Origin: Deltaproteobacteria bacterium
Lineage (GTDB): Bacteria; Desulfobacterota; Binatia; Binatales; Binataceae
Length of the DNA stretch: 64,000 bases
Direction: 5' to 3'
Assembly (NCBI GenBank): GCA_021831785.1
Contig: JAKBMB010000021.1
Location: 8,633 to 72,632, forward strand
Below the pieces are notes generated by a model that saw only the letters and a program-made list of their open reading frames with translations, did not search any database and was not told where the DNA came from. The position numbers and the translations under genes are program-made. Positions 36,841 through 45,482 of the stretch are shown here, one piece after another. Every line of letters starts with the position of its first letter. The first letter of the stretch is position 1.

Positions 36841-37854
36841 ATGCCCAAGTGCGCGTTGATCTCAGGAATAACCGGTCAAGACGGCTCGTATCTGGCGGAA
36901 TTGCTGCTCAGCAAAGGCTATGAAGTGCACGGCATCGTTCGGCGCACGTCAAGCTTCGCCACCGGTCGTATCGAGCACTTACACAGAGGCTACGATCCAG
37001 CCGCCGGCGGCCTGCACCTGCATTATGGCGACCTGGGCGACGCCGGGTCTTTGCGCCGGATTCTAGCGCGCGCGATGCCCGAGGAGGTCTACAACCTCGC
37101 TGCGCAATCTCACGTGCGCATCTCCTTCGAGCAGCCCGAGTACACCGTTGAGGTAACCGGCCTCGGTACGCTGCGCCTGCTCGAGGCGATCCGCGAACAC
37201 AACCGGCGCTTCGGCAGCGCGATACGGTTCTATCAGGCGGGCTCCTCCGAAATGTTCGGCCAGGCCAGCGAAACACCGCAGCGCGAGACGACGCCGTTTC
37301 ATCCGCGCAGTCCCTACGCCTGCGCTAAGGTTTTCGCCTTCTGGCAAACCGTCAATTATCGCGAGGCCTATGGGCTTTTCGCGGCCAACGGAATCCTCTT
37401 CAATCACGAGTCGCCGCGGCGCGGCGAGAACTTCGTGACGCGAAAAATTACGCGCAGCGCGGCGCGAATAAAGCTGGGGCTTCAAGAGCGCCTGGAACTC
37501 GGCAACCTCGAGGCGCGGCGGGACTGGGGCTTTGCCGGCGACTACGTCGAGGCCATGTGGCGGATGATGCAGCACGAGAGCCCCGAGGACTTCGTTATCG
37601 CCACCGGCCAGACGCACTCGGTCGAGGAGTTTGTCGACCTTGCCTTTGACCGCCTGAAGCTCGACTGGCGTAAGTACGTCGGCTTCGATTCACGGCTCAC
37701 CAGACCGAGCGAAGTCGACGCGCTGTGCGGCGACGCCGCTAAGGCTCGTCGAGTGCTTCACTGGCAGCCCAAGGTTTCCTTTGAGGAACTAGTCGCGATG
37801 ATGGTTGACGCGGACCTCGAGTTGGCGCAGCGCGAGCACAAAGCCAATGGGTGA
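36841..37854 (+). CDS. gmd: GDP-mannose 4,6-dehydratase
   Basis: [59 protein letters not shown] and [17 protein letters not shown]. Confidence 0.92.
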   Translation: MPKCALISGITGQDGSYLAELLLSKGYEVHGIVRRTSSFATGRIEHLHRGYDPAAGGLHLHYGDLGDAGSLRRILARAMPEEVYNLAAQSHVRISFEQPEYTVEVTGLGTLRLLEAIREHNRRFGSAIRFYQAGSSEMFGQASETPQRETTPFHPRSPYACAKVFAFWQTVNYREAYGLFAANGILFNHESPRRGENFVTRKITRSAARIKLGLQERLELGNLEARRDWGFAGDYVEAMWRMMQHESPEDFVIATGQTHSVEEFVDLAFDRLKLDWRKYVGFDSRLTRPSEVDALCGDAAKARRVLHWQPKVSFEELVAMMVDADLELAQREHKANG

Positions 37855-37995
37855 GCCGCGGCATAGGAGCGGCAACCCGACGCGGGCGCGGCGAGGATGG
37901 GGGGCGCAAAGGACGGAAAGCGAGGCTTGATTCCCGGCTTGGCGCTTGGCACTAGCGATGAACGATTTGCCGCGCGCGCCGCGCCATGCGACTTT

Positions 37996-38030
37996 TTCCC
38001 CCGCAGGGCGGGGGAAGGCCGGGAAGGGGG
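37996..38030. repeat. GC hairpin plus GGGAAGGGGG box (copy 1)
   Basis: ttcccccg-caggg-cgggggaa (37996-38016) followed by gggaaggggg (38021-38030). Confidence 0.6.
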
Positions 38031-38122
38031 CGCCGTCTCGCCGCGGTTGACCTATCTGAAATTTGATTGCAGGTCCCGCTTTGATAAGGCATTGTGGAGC
38101 CAACCGAGGAGGCAGCGAGCTG

Positions 38123-38485
38123 ATGAACCGACCGCGCGGACCGGTCCATATCGAACCCAAGGGCTGGGGCCGAGAGGTATGGATCGCCAACAATGAACTT
38201 TATTGCGGAAAAATTCTCGAGATCCGCAAAGGCAAGCGATGCTCTTTGCATTACCATAGCCTCAAGACCGAAACCTTCTACCTGCGAAGCGGCCGCATTA
38301 AGCTGCGTCTGAAGGAAAGCGCGCACGTGGAGACTATCGAGGAACTTGAGCTTCTGCCCGGCGACTGCATGGACGTAAGCCCGGGACTCGTGCATCAAAT
38401 GGAAGCAATCGAGGATTCGGAGCTGTTCGAATTCTCTACGCAGCACTTCGAGACCGATTCATATCGTTTAGTGCGCGGCGATTAG
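38123..38485 (+). CDS. cupin-domain protein (mannose-6-phosphate isomerase-like small cupin)
   Basis: KGWGREVWIANNELYCGKILEIRKGKRCSLHYHSLKTETFYLRSG...PGLVHQMEA shows the cupin motifs (HYH...E; H). Confidence 0.65.
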   Translation: MNRPRGPVHIEPKGWGREVWIANNELYCGKILEIRKGKRCSLHYHSLKTETFYLRSGRIKLRLKESAHVETIEELELLPGDCMDVSPGLVHQMEAIEDSELFEFSTQHFETDSYRLVRGD

Positions 38486-38534
38486 ACCCCGGCTTCGACG
38501 GATGGCCGGTGACCACCCCGCCTGGCCGCGTCTC

Positions 38535-38578
38535 CCAACTCCTTCCTCCGCCGCGCGGAGGAAGGTTGGGAAGGGGGG
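38535..38578. repeat. GC hairpin plus GGGAAGGGGGG box (copy 2)
   Basis: ccaactccttcctccg-ccgcg-cggaggaaggttgg (38535-38569), running into gggaagggggg (38568-38578). Confidence 0.6.
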
Positions 38579-38947
38579 TCTCCCGCCACGACCCGGCACG
38601 TTCTCAATCTTTTACAATCCTCAATAATAAGCTCCGAGCCAGCCCGGCTCTCGACGAGTGCCACGGATGCGAAATCGAGGTTGGCCGAGCGCTCGGAGCA
38701 GACCAGGTCCTAATCGGGTGGGTGCTCAAAGAGAGCGGTCTCCCCTCAAAGAGCGGCCCGGCTCACTAGGCCGCGGATCGTTTGGCGCGCCGTACCCGCC
38801 GGTTGGTTCCGCAACCGAGTTTTCGGATTTTGGGTCAAATCTTCTGGTCGTGACGCTTCATCTGCTCGCACAACTCCGTGTTGCATGCTCGGGCCTTGCC
38901 ATCGAACCTTCGCGCCTTGGCGTTGACGCGGTTGAGGGCGGCGGCTG

Positions 38948-39283
38948 TTAAAGATCAAGGTGAAGGCGCACGGCGTCTTCGGCCTTGCGCACAAGCGCGG
39001 GGCTGAGCCTGCCCAGCACGTTGCCGCGTAAGCGTTCCTTGGAGATGGTCCGAATCTGTTGAGCCTGAGCCTTAGAAGGTTTGGGCAGGTTGCTCTCCTT
39101 GGGCGAAAGCATAATTTCGAAAGGATAGACGCGGCTTACGTTGGAAGTGATGGGCAGGACGGTCACCGTGTTGCCCGCGCGGTTGTTCGCGTCGTTGCTC
39201 ACGATCAGCACCGGGCGGCGTTTGTTGATCTGGGAGCCGACCGTGAGGTTCAAGTCGGCGTAGTAGATTTCACCACGCCTCAT
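38948..39283 (-). CDS. mazF: type II toxin MazF/PemK family endoribonuclease
   Basis: MRRGEIYYADLNLTVGSQINKRRPVLIVSNDANNRAGNTVTVLPITSN is the classic PemK/MazF N-terminus. Confidence 0.88.
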   Translation of the reverse strand: MRRGEIYYADLNLTVGSQINKRRPVLIVSNDANNRAGNTVTVLPITSNVSRVYPFEIMLSPKESNLPKPSKAQAQQIRTISKERLRGNVLGRLSPALVRKAEDAVRLHLDL

Positions 39284-39491
39284 CGCCAAGTCCGTCCGCG
39301 GCCGTGTTCTCCCACTCCTTGTCGGACTCCGCACTAGCTTGCCGGTAAGCGGCCTCTAGCTCACGGCTCCTGAGGAGTCTAACCGCTTCCTCGAAAACCT
39401 GGGAACGGTTCAAGCCCCGTTTTTTTCGATAAGTCTCGACGAACCCGGCCAGCGAGTTGGGCAGCGAGGCGGAAAGCTTTGCCACGCTCAT
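39270..39491 (-). CDS. RHH-type antitoxin (MazE/CopG-like)
   Basis: MSVAKLSASLPNSLAGFVETYRKKRGLNRSQVFEEAVRLLRSRE is an RHH pattern. It overlaps the mazF start by 14 nt. Confidence 0.7.
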   Translation of the reverse strand: MSVAKLSASLPNSLAGFVETYRKKRGLNRSQVFEEAVRLLRSRELEAAYRQASAESDKEWENTAADGLGDEAW

Positions 39492-39500
39492 AGTAAAGCG

Positions 39501-39517
39501 TCCTACCAAAGGTAGGA
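39501..39517. promoter_or_regulatory. candidate operator palindrome of the mazEF module
   Basis: tcctacc-aaa-ggtagga is a perfect 7-bp inverted repeat, 10 nt upstream of the antitoxin ATG (minus strand). Confidence 0.45.
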
Positions 39518-40232
39518 ATTAAGTTAGTATGTATGGTACGCCTCAGCCAGAAGCAAGTCAGAAAGCTACAAGCGTCCGGCGCTGTTCTAATCTTTTCAAA
39601 GTCGAAGCGTTTGCTGCGCGCAGCGTCCGGTCCGGTTGAAGCTACGTTGCGCGCGGCGGGTATCGGCACGCCGCTGCCTTAAATGTTCCGGCGATTGCCG
39701 CGGCCAGCTATGACGCGACTCCTTAACGTCGCAGATGCGCGCTTGAGGTCAAACCGGCCCGTATCCGGAACCGAATCGTAGACTACCCCTTTTGGCCGAA
39801 TGTCGGCAGCTTTTGTCTAGGTCAGTTGCCAAGGTGTCCGGTCCGCGGCGGGCCACACCCGGCTTGCTCGAATAGCGGGCAATTGCCCGCGCCGTAATCG
39901 TTGACAGACCGCGAACGCTTGCTGTGCTAGGGCCCGCCTAGCTCCGTTTTTGGCACGGCCGGGCCTCTAAGATCGATTCCTAAGGTTGCCGGCGTCGTGG
40001 CTGGGAAGCCTTGTTGCGCAGCGTGCAATGGGCGTTGCGGCGGTTGTCTCATGTCCGGCTTCTTGTTATCTTTGCCGGCTTGCGGAAACGTCGTAGGGGG
40101 GACAGGCGCATTGGCACGCCCATTGCGCCACGTGACCGCACGGCTTAACATCAGCCGCATAATAGAGCCTGTTAGCCGTCGAAGAAATTAGCCGAGGCGA
40201 GGGTAAACTCACCTCAGCGAGGAGGCCGCGTC

Positions 40233-41378
40233 ATGGCGGGCTTGCATAGCCGCGATTCAGAGCCCTGGCGCGTAGGCGTGCTTTTTTCACGCAGCGGATG
40301 CACGGCCGTCATCGAAGAGACCCAGCTACGGGCGACCTTGCTTGCGCTGGCGGAAATCAACGACTCGGGGGGCATCAATGACCGCGAAATAGTTCCGGTC
40401 ATCTACGACCCGATGTCCGATCCAGCGACCTTTGCGTGTCATGCCAAGCGACTCATGGTTGAAGACAGTATCACCGCTATTTTCGGCTGCTACACCTCCA
40501 GCAGCCGAAAGGCCGTGATACCGGTGGTCGAGCGTCTCAACGGCCTGCTCTGGTATCCGACGCCTTACGAAGGCTTCGAATTTTCGCCCAACGTCATTTA
40601 CACCGGACCCGCGCCCAATCAGAACAGCGTTGCCCTGTGCCGCTTCCTGATGGAACGCTACGGCAGGCGCTTTTACCTGATCGGCTCGGACTACGTCTAC
40701 CCGCGCGAGTCCAACCGCATCATGCGTGAATTGGTGCGCAACAACGGGGGCGAAGTTTGCGGTGAGACCTATCTGAGCCTGCGCGCGCAGCATCGGGATT
40801 TCGTGCCGGTGTTGGGCGAGCTCAAACGCCTGCGGCCGGACGTGATTTTCTCGACCGTGGTTGGCGATTCCACAAGTTCTCTTTATCAAAGTTACATCGA
40901 CGCAGGTCTCGAGCCCAAGGTGATGCCGATCGGGAGCCTGACGACGACCGAGGCGGAGGTCAGGGCGATGGGCGCGGACGCCGCCGAGGGGCATGTCACG
41001 GCCGCCTCCTATTTCCAATCGGTTTGCACCGAGCAAAATTCTTTTTTTGTCGCCAGATACAAGAAGCGGTATGGGGAGGACGAGCCGACCAACATGTGCG
41101 CCGAAGCCGCCTATTTCCAGGTTCATATCTTCGCCAAGGCCCTGGCGCAGACGGATTCGCTCGACACCGACACTCTGCGTCCGGTGGTGCTGGGCACGGA
41201 ATTCGACGCGCCGCAAGGCAAGGTTTGCGTCAACGAGACCTACGCTCACACCGATCTGTGGACGCGCATCGGGCGCGTGGACAGCCGTGGCGGGTTCGAG
41301 ATTATCGAGGAATCCTGCGCGCAGGTGAACGCCGACCCGTACTTGATCGGCTCGGGAAGGGCGCTGGCTTGCAGCTAA
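40233..41378 (+). CDS. amiC: aliphatic amidase expression-regulating protein AmiC (amide sensor, PBP type 1 fold)
   Basis: [9 protein letters not shown].TAVIE...[44 protein letters not shown]...[18 protein letters not shown] is near-collinear with Pseudomonas aeruginosa AmiC as I recall it ([41 protein letters not shown]...IGSDYIYPRESN). Confidence 0.88.
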   Translation: [381 protein letters not shown]

Positions 41379-41421
41379 GGCGAGGCGCAGTTCGGCAATT
41401 CGGAACACGGGGAGCCAGGCG

Positions 41422-42012
41422 ATGACTTCAGCAGAGCGCTCGCTGCGCGCAGAGTTTGCCAAACTCGACGCGCTGGTCGCCGTGCCGCGCGACGATGACG
41501 GAGAGTTCCTAGTCCGCGAGTTGCAGCGTGCGCGGGCGCGTGTACGCCATGTCTGGCCGCTTCCGGACCGGCTGCCCGAGGACACCGACATAATCTTTTG
41601 CGCCCTTGAGCCGGGGCTGCCCGAGCGAATACCGTGGGTGCCCGGCGAGCCGAAAGCGGCGCTGACCGTGGTCGTCGCGCCGGGAGCCGCGCCGGACCTC
41701 GGCCTGCTGGTCAACAGCGCACCGGACGCCGTGCTGCACCGGCCGATCACGAGCAACGGTGTGTTGGTCAGCCTGGCGCTGGCGCGCAGTCACTTTACCT
41801 ACGACCGACGGCTGCGCTGGCGCATCAACAAGCTCGATGAGAGCCTTCGAGGGATGCGGGCGGTTGAACGGGCCAAGGAGATTCTGATGCGCACACGTCA
41901 GATGTGTGAAGAAGAGGCCTACCGGTTTATCCGCGGTCAGGCCATGAGGCGGCGCGCGCCGATTAGCGTTGTCGCGGCGGCGATAGTTGACTCACACGAC
42001 ATACTGAGCTAG
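41422..42012 (+). CDS. amiR: ANTAR-domain antiterminator AmiR
   Basis: C-terminal ANTAR: LRGMRAVERAKEILMRTRQMCEEEAYRFIRGQAMRRRAPISVVAAAIV. N-terminal pseudo-receiver. Position is directly after amiC. Confidence 0.85.
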   Translation: MTSAERSLRAEFAKLDALVAVPRDDDGEFLVRELQRARARVRHVWPLPDRLPEDTDIIFCALEPGLPERIPWVPGEPKAALTVVVAPGAAPDLGLLVNSAPDAVLHRPITSNGVLVSLALARSHFTYDRRLRWRINKLDESLRGMRAVERAKEILMRTRQMCEEEAYRFIRGQAMRRRAPISVVAAAIVDSHDILS

Positions 42013-42016
42013 GGGG

Positions 42017-42045
42017 TTGACTTACGCGAGATACTGCGCTAACTT
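42017..42045 (+). promoter_or_regulatory. candidate sigma70-type promoter of the amiE leader
   Basis: TTGACT (42017-42022), 17-nt spacer, TAACTT (42040-42045), immediately after the amiR stop. Confidence 0.4.
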
Positions 42046-42107
42046 AGCTCTGCCTCAGCTTAGCTGAGAGCAGCAGCGGCAACGGCGCCGCGCCAAAAAT
42101 TCAGGGC

Positions 42108-42160
42108 AAAGACGCCCTTGTGACGCCATCTCGATGGGCGACACAAGGGCGTCTTTTTTT
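42108..42160 (+). terminator. intrinsic terminator in the amiE leader (probable AmiR antitermination target)
   Basis: aaagacgcccttgtgacgcc-atctcgat-gggcgacacaagggcgtcttt followed by a T-run (to 42160), ~200 nt upstream of the amiE ATG. Confidence 0.75.
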
Positions 42161-42365
42161 GCGCAAGTCGAACGCGGCGAGCCGCGAGCGTATGGCGGAA
42201 ATGGCCGCCGGCTGTAGAAGAAGAGAATGGCTGTAGCTTGCGCGCAGTTGGTTGGAAAGCTCCGCCAACGCGTCGGCCCGGGCAGGCACGCTCAGGGTGG
42301 GCGTGATCGAGTCTGCTGACTAACGGTTAGGGTGTGAGCCCGATGACAATCGATGGAGGACAGAT

Positions 42366-43394
42366 ATGAGGCACGGAGACATTTCATCCAGCAAAGACTG
42401 TGTGGGCGTCGCTGTAGTGAACTACAAGATGCCGAGGTTACATACCAAGGTGGAGGTCCTCGAGAATGCCCGCCACATTGCCGAAATGATAGTGGGCATC
42501 AAGACCGGCCTGCCCGGGATGGACCTGATAATTTTCCCCGAGTACAGCACCCACGGCATCATGTACGACCAAAAGGAGATGATGGAGACCGCTTCCGTCG
42601 TTCCTGGCGAAGAGACCAACATTTTCGCCGCGGCCTGCCGCAAGGCCAACACCTGGGGCGTTTTCTCGCTTACCGGCGAGCGGCACGAGGAGCATCCGAA
42701 AAAGGCCCCGTACAACACGCTCATGCTGATGAATAACAGGGGCGAAATCGTCCAGAAGTACCACAAGATCAATCCCTGGTGTCCCATCGAAGGCTGGTAT
42801 CCCGGCAACTGCACGTACGTCTCGGAAGGCCCCAAGGGGCTCAAGATAAGTCTCATCGTTTGTGACGACGGCAACTACCCGGAAATCTGGCGCGACTGCG
42901 CGATGCGCGGGGCCGAACTCATCGTGCGCTGCCAGGGGTATATGTATCCGGCCAAGGAACAGCAGATTTTAGTCGCCAAGGCGATGGCCTGGATGAACAA
43001 CTCCTACGTCGCCGTGGCCAACGCTGCCGGTTTCGACGGGGTGTACTCGTATTTCGGCCATTCGGCCATCGTCGGCTTTGACGGGCGGACCCTGGCGGAG
43101 TGCGCCGAGGAGGAAAACGGCGTGCAGTATGCCGAGTTGTCGGTGTCAACTATCCGCGATGCGCGCAAAAACTGGCAGTCGCAGAACCACCTGTTCAAGC
43201 TTCTGCACCGCGGCTATACCGGGAAGATACTCTCGGAGGAAAGCTCGCTCGGCGTGGCCGAATGCCCGTTTGAGTTTTACCGCACCTGGGTAACCGACCC
43301 GGAAAAGGCCCGCAAGCAGGTCGAAAGCTTCACGCGCGAGACCGCCGGAACCCCGGAGTGCGAGATCGCGGGAATCCCGGCCAGAGCGGCCTGA
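42366..43394 (+). CDS. amiE: aliphatic amidase (nitrilase superfamily)
   Basis: [28 protein letters not shown]...[14 protein letters not shown]...[23 protein letters not shown]...[41 protein letters not shown]...[25 protein letters not shown] is nearly collinear with P. aeruginosa AmiE. The Glu-Lys-Cys triad context is present. Confidence 0.96.
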   Translation: MRHGDISSSKDCVGVAVVNYKMPRLHTKVEVLENARHIAEMIVGIKTGLPGMDLIIFPEYSTHGIMYDQKEMMETASVVPGEETNIFAAACRKANTWGVFSLTGERHEEHPKKAPYNTLMLMNNRGEIVQKYHKINPWCPIEGWYPGNCTYVSEGPKGLKISLIVCDDGNYPEIWRDCAMRGAELIVRCQGYMYPAKEQQILVAKAMAWMNNSYVAVANAAGFDGVYSYFGHSAIVGFDGRTLAECAEEENGVQYAELSVSTIRDARKNWQSQNHLFKLLHRGYTGKILSEESSLGVAECPFEFYRTWVTDPEKARKQVESFTRETAGTPECEIAGIPARAA

Positions 43395-43541
43395 GTTTAC
43401 GGACAATGGTTCGCCAATCACACGGGGACTGAATTAATGAACTGGGGGAGCGGGTAGTTGGCTATGGGCAGGGCGGTACGGAAAAGGCCTTCAAGAACGC
43501 AGAAAGAAAGTAGCGAATCACCGAACACGAGGAGACGGACG

Positions 43542-45047
43542 ATGCCTAGCGCAGGAAACTCCCTGCTTGAAAAACGAAAATTGGATGCACTGAAACGGGG
43601 AATCCACCGGATTGGCGAAAAAAAGGCGACTCCGCCTTTTTCGATCCACGTCGTGGGAATCGGCAAGGCGGGTGCCGAGGTAATTGCACAGATTTTGAGG
43701 GATTCGTCGGACAGCGGCTTTCCGGGAGAAGCGCGGTTCACGGCGCTGGCGGTTGACATCGGCGACCAGTACCTGAAACCACTGCGGGAACTGGCTGCAA
43801 AGTCTCCGGTCGATCGCCTTCAACTGGAAACCGTAGCGCTAGAGGTGCCGGCGAAGGACGATTTTTTCGCGACGCTTCGCAGGTATCGAGAGTTCCTGAA
43901 GCTCGAGTACCCACGATACTATTGGAATCCTAATTACGAAGCGTGGGTTCCCTCGAGCATCGTCTTGCCTCGAGCGGGGGAGCACTTTTCCCGCGCGGTG
44001 GCCAAAGGTATCTATGGCCGAGCGTACTACGATGGCGACCGACCGATGGAGCAGGCCCTGCGACGATTTGGCGAAAGCGTGGACGCTACTCACACTCAGG
44101 CCGTAGTGTGTATAGTGTCAGGCTTGGGCGGGGGGACTGGAAGTGGAGTGCTAGTTGACTTGGCGCGCCATCTGACGAACGTGGTTTTCGGACGGAGGAT
44201 CCCCGTCGTTGGTATCGGGATTGCCCCGTGTGAAGGTGACGCGTCTGAGCACCGCGGCTCACGCCTGTTCCCAGTGCTCAACGAGTTGGATTGTCTGTGC
44301 GATCAGGAAAACAACCAGGGCGTCATGACGGTCTGGGGCGATCTCTACCGCAATCCTTTCACCGCGGGGTTTCTCATAGTCCCTGAGCAACCGGCTTGGC
44401 AGGCGACGAAGAATCTGGATGCCACGCATAAGCGCGTGGATGAAGAAGTGGCGACGTTCCTGACCGGCAACAAAGGAGTCAATCTGTTGGAGACGCTACA
44501 GCTCTTGAACTGGGTAGGTGCGCCGCCGACTCAGCATTCTGCCGCCCGCACCCAGTATGGTGCGCGATGGACTCATATTTTGGGATTCGTCGACGTTGAT
44601 GGCGGCATTAAAGGCGGACAGGAGTTGCGACAGCAGCTCGGACTACGCCCAAGTTACAAGGTTGATTTTCTCGAGATGCGTACCTCCGACCCTGCCGACA
44701 AGAAGGCACAAGGAGTTGGACAGACGCTGGGAAACGTGTTTTCGCCGTCGGCCGAACCCGAGATCGTTGGCGGTGGCAGGAAGGGTTCGCTCCAGTTTGT
44801 ATTACCATGTGCTGCTAAAATCAATCTGGACCTGTTCTTCCAAGCTCGCGCCGCGTACGACCGCAAATCCTGGGACGAGCGATTGCTCGACCATTCAATG
44901 TTGCTCGAACTAGGTGTGATGCTCTGTGAGCCGGCTATTAGATTCGAAGGGATGGCGGGTGAGTGCATATGGGGCTGTGCCTGTTGGGTAGTGGTGCCCT
45001 ATAAGTCCATTCGCGGACCGCAAGAGGGGGCGGAAGCTGCGGCATAG
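43542..45047 (+). CDS. tubulin-signature protein A (function unknown; paralogue of 45483..47135)
   Basis: N-terminal IHVVGIGKAGAEVIAQIL (GxGxxG after a beta-strand). VCIVSGLGGGTGSGVLVDLARHL carries the tubulin signature [SAG]GGTG[SA]G (nt 44127-44147). C-terminal EPAIRFEGMAGECIWGCACWVVVPY (Cys codons 44964-44984). Start set at ATG 43542, preceded by GGAGA. Confidence 0.8.
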   Translation: MPSAGNSLLEKRKLDALKRGIHRIGEKKATPPFSIHVVGIGKAGAEVIAQILRDSSDSGFPGEARFTALAVDIGDQYLKPLRELAAKSPVDRLQLETVALEVPAKDDFFATLRRYREFLKLEYPRYYWNPNYEAWVPSSIVLPRAGEHFSRAVAKGIYGRAYYDGDRPMEQALRRFGESVDATHTQAVVCIVSGLGGGTGSGVLVDLARHLTNVVFGRRIPVVGIGIAPCEGDASEHRGSRLFPVLNELDCLCDQENNQGVMTVWGDLYRNPFTAGFLIVPEQPAWQATKNLDATHKRVDEEVATFLTGNKGVNLLETLQLLNWVGAPPTQHSAARTQYGARWTHILGFVDVDGGIKGGQELRQQLGLRPSYKVDFLEMRTSDPADKKAQGVGQTLGNVFSPSAEPEIVGGGRKGSLQFVLPCAAKINLDLFFQARAAYDRKSWDERLLDHSMLLELGVMLCEPAIRFEGMAGECIWGCACWVVVPYKSIRGPQEGAEAAA

Positions 45048-45095
45048 ATTTACGGAAAGATACGGCAGAAATCCTTCTGACCAAGGAGATTAATT

Positions 45096-45422
45096 ATGCC
45101 TCTGGACTGGGCGCAGGTGAGAAAGAAATACGGCAAGGGAGTAAGTATTCCCACCGTTGCGGGCGGCAAATCGTTGCAGATTACCGGTGCGGACGATGAG
45201 GCGATCCACATTAAATCACCTCTGTGGACCGCCAAACTGAGCCGCAATAACCTCGAAAAAGCCGTCGAACTAATCGAACAGGGAGTCATAGCACGCGAAC
45301 CCGGCTTGTTTGTGGAAGATTACCGGGTTTACGTCGCCGACGAGCGCCCCACCTCGGCTGCGCACGTTCTGAAAGATCTGGGGTTTCTTGGAGAGGACAA
45401 GGGCTATCACGCGAGATGCTGA
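45096..45422 (+). CDS. 108-aa hypothetical protein (paralogue of 50913..51218)
   Basis: MPLDWAQVRKKYGKG...LSRNNLEKAVELIEQGVI...DYRVYVADERPTSAAHVLKDLGFL aligns along its whole length with the 101-aa ORF at 50913. Confidence 0.75.
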   Translation: MPLDWAQVRKKYGKGVSIPTVAGGKSLQITGADDEAIHIKSPLWTAKLSRNNLEKAVELIEQGVIAREPGLFVEDYRVYVADERPTSAAHVLKDLGFLGEDKGYHARC

Positions 45423-45482
45423 ACGACGGACACTAGGAACGACGGCTCAGTCAAAAATCGAGACCATAGGGAGGTCGAACAA

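Noticed and set aside
39997-40191. 64-aa Cys-rich ORF (MAGKPCCAACNGRCGGC...) upstream of amiC
   Set aside because: No ribosome-binding site was noticed. It overlaps an equally long antisense ORF, and its composition is consistent with chance in GC-rich DNA. Kept only as a remote possibility of a small Cys-rich peptide.
40326-41756. 476-aa ORF on the minus strand
   Set aside because: It is antisense to amiC and amiR, both strongly supported. The translation is low-complexity (Arg/Ala/Gly/Pro). Shadow ORF.
42366-43394. Calling the amidase a formamidase (AmiF) or generic nitrilase
   Set aside because: The sequence follows P. aeruginosa AmiE almost residue for residue at the N-terminus and around the catalytic Cys. 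The AmiC/AmiR partners also fit the aliphatic amidase system.
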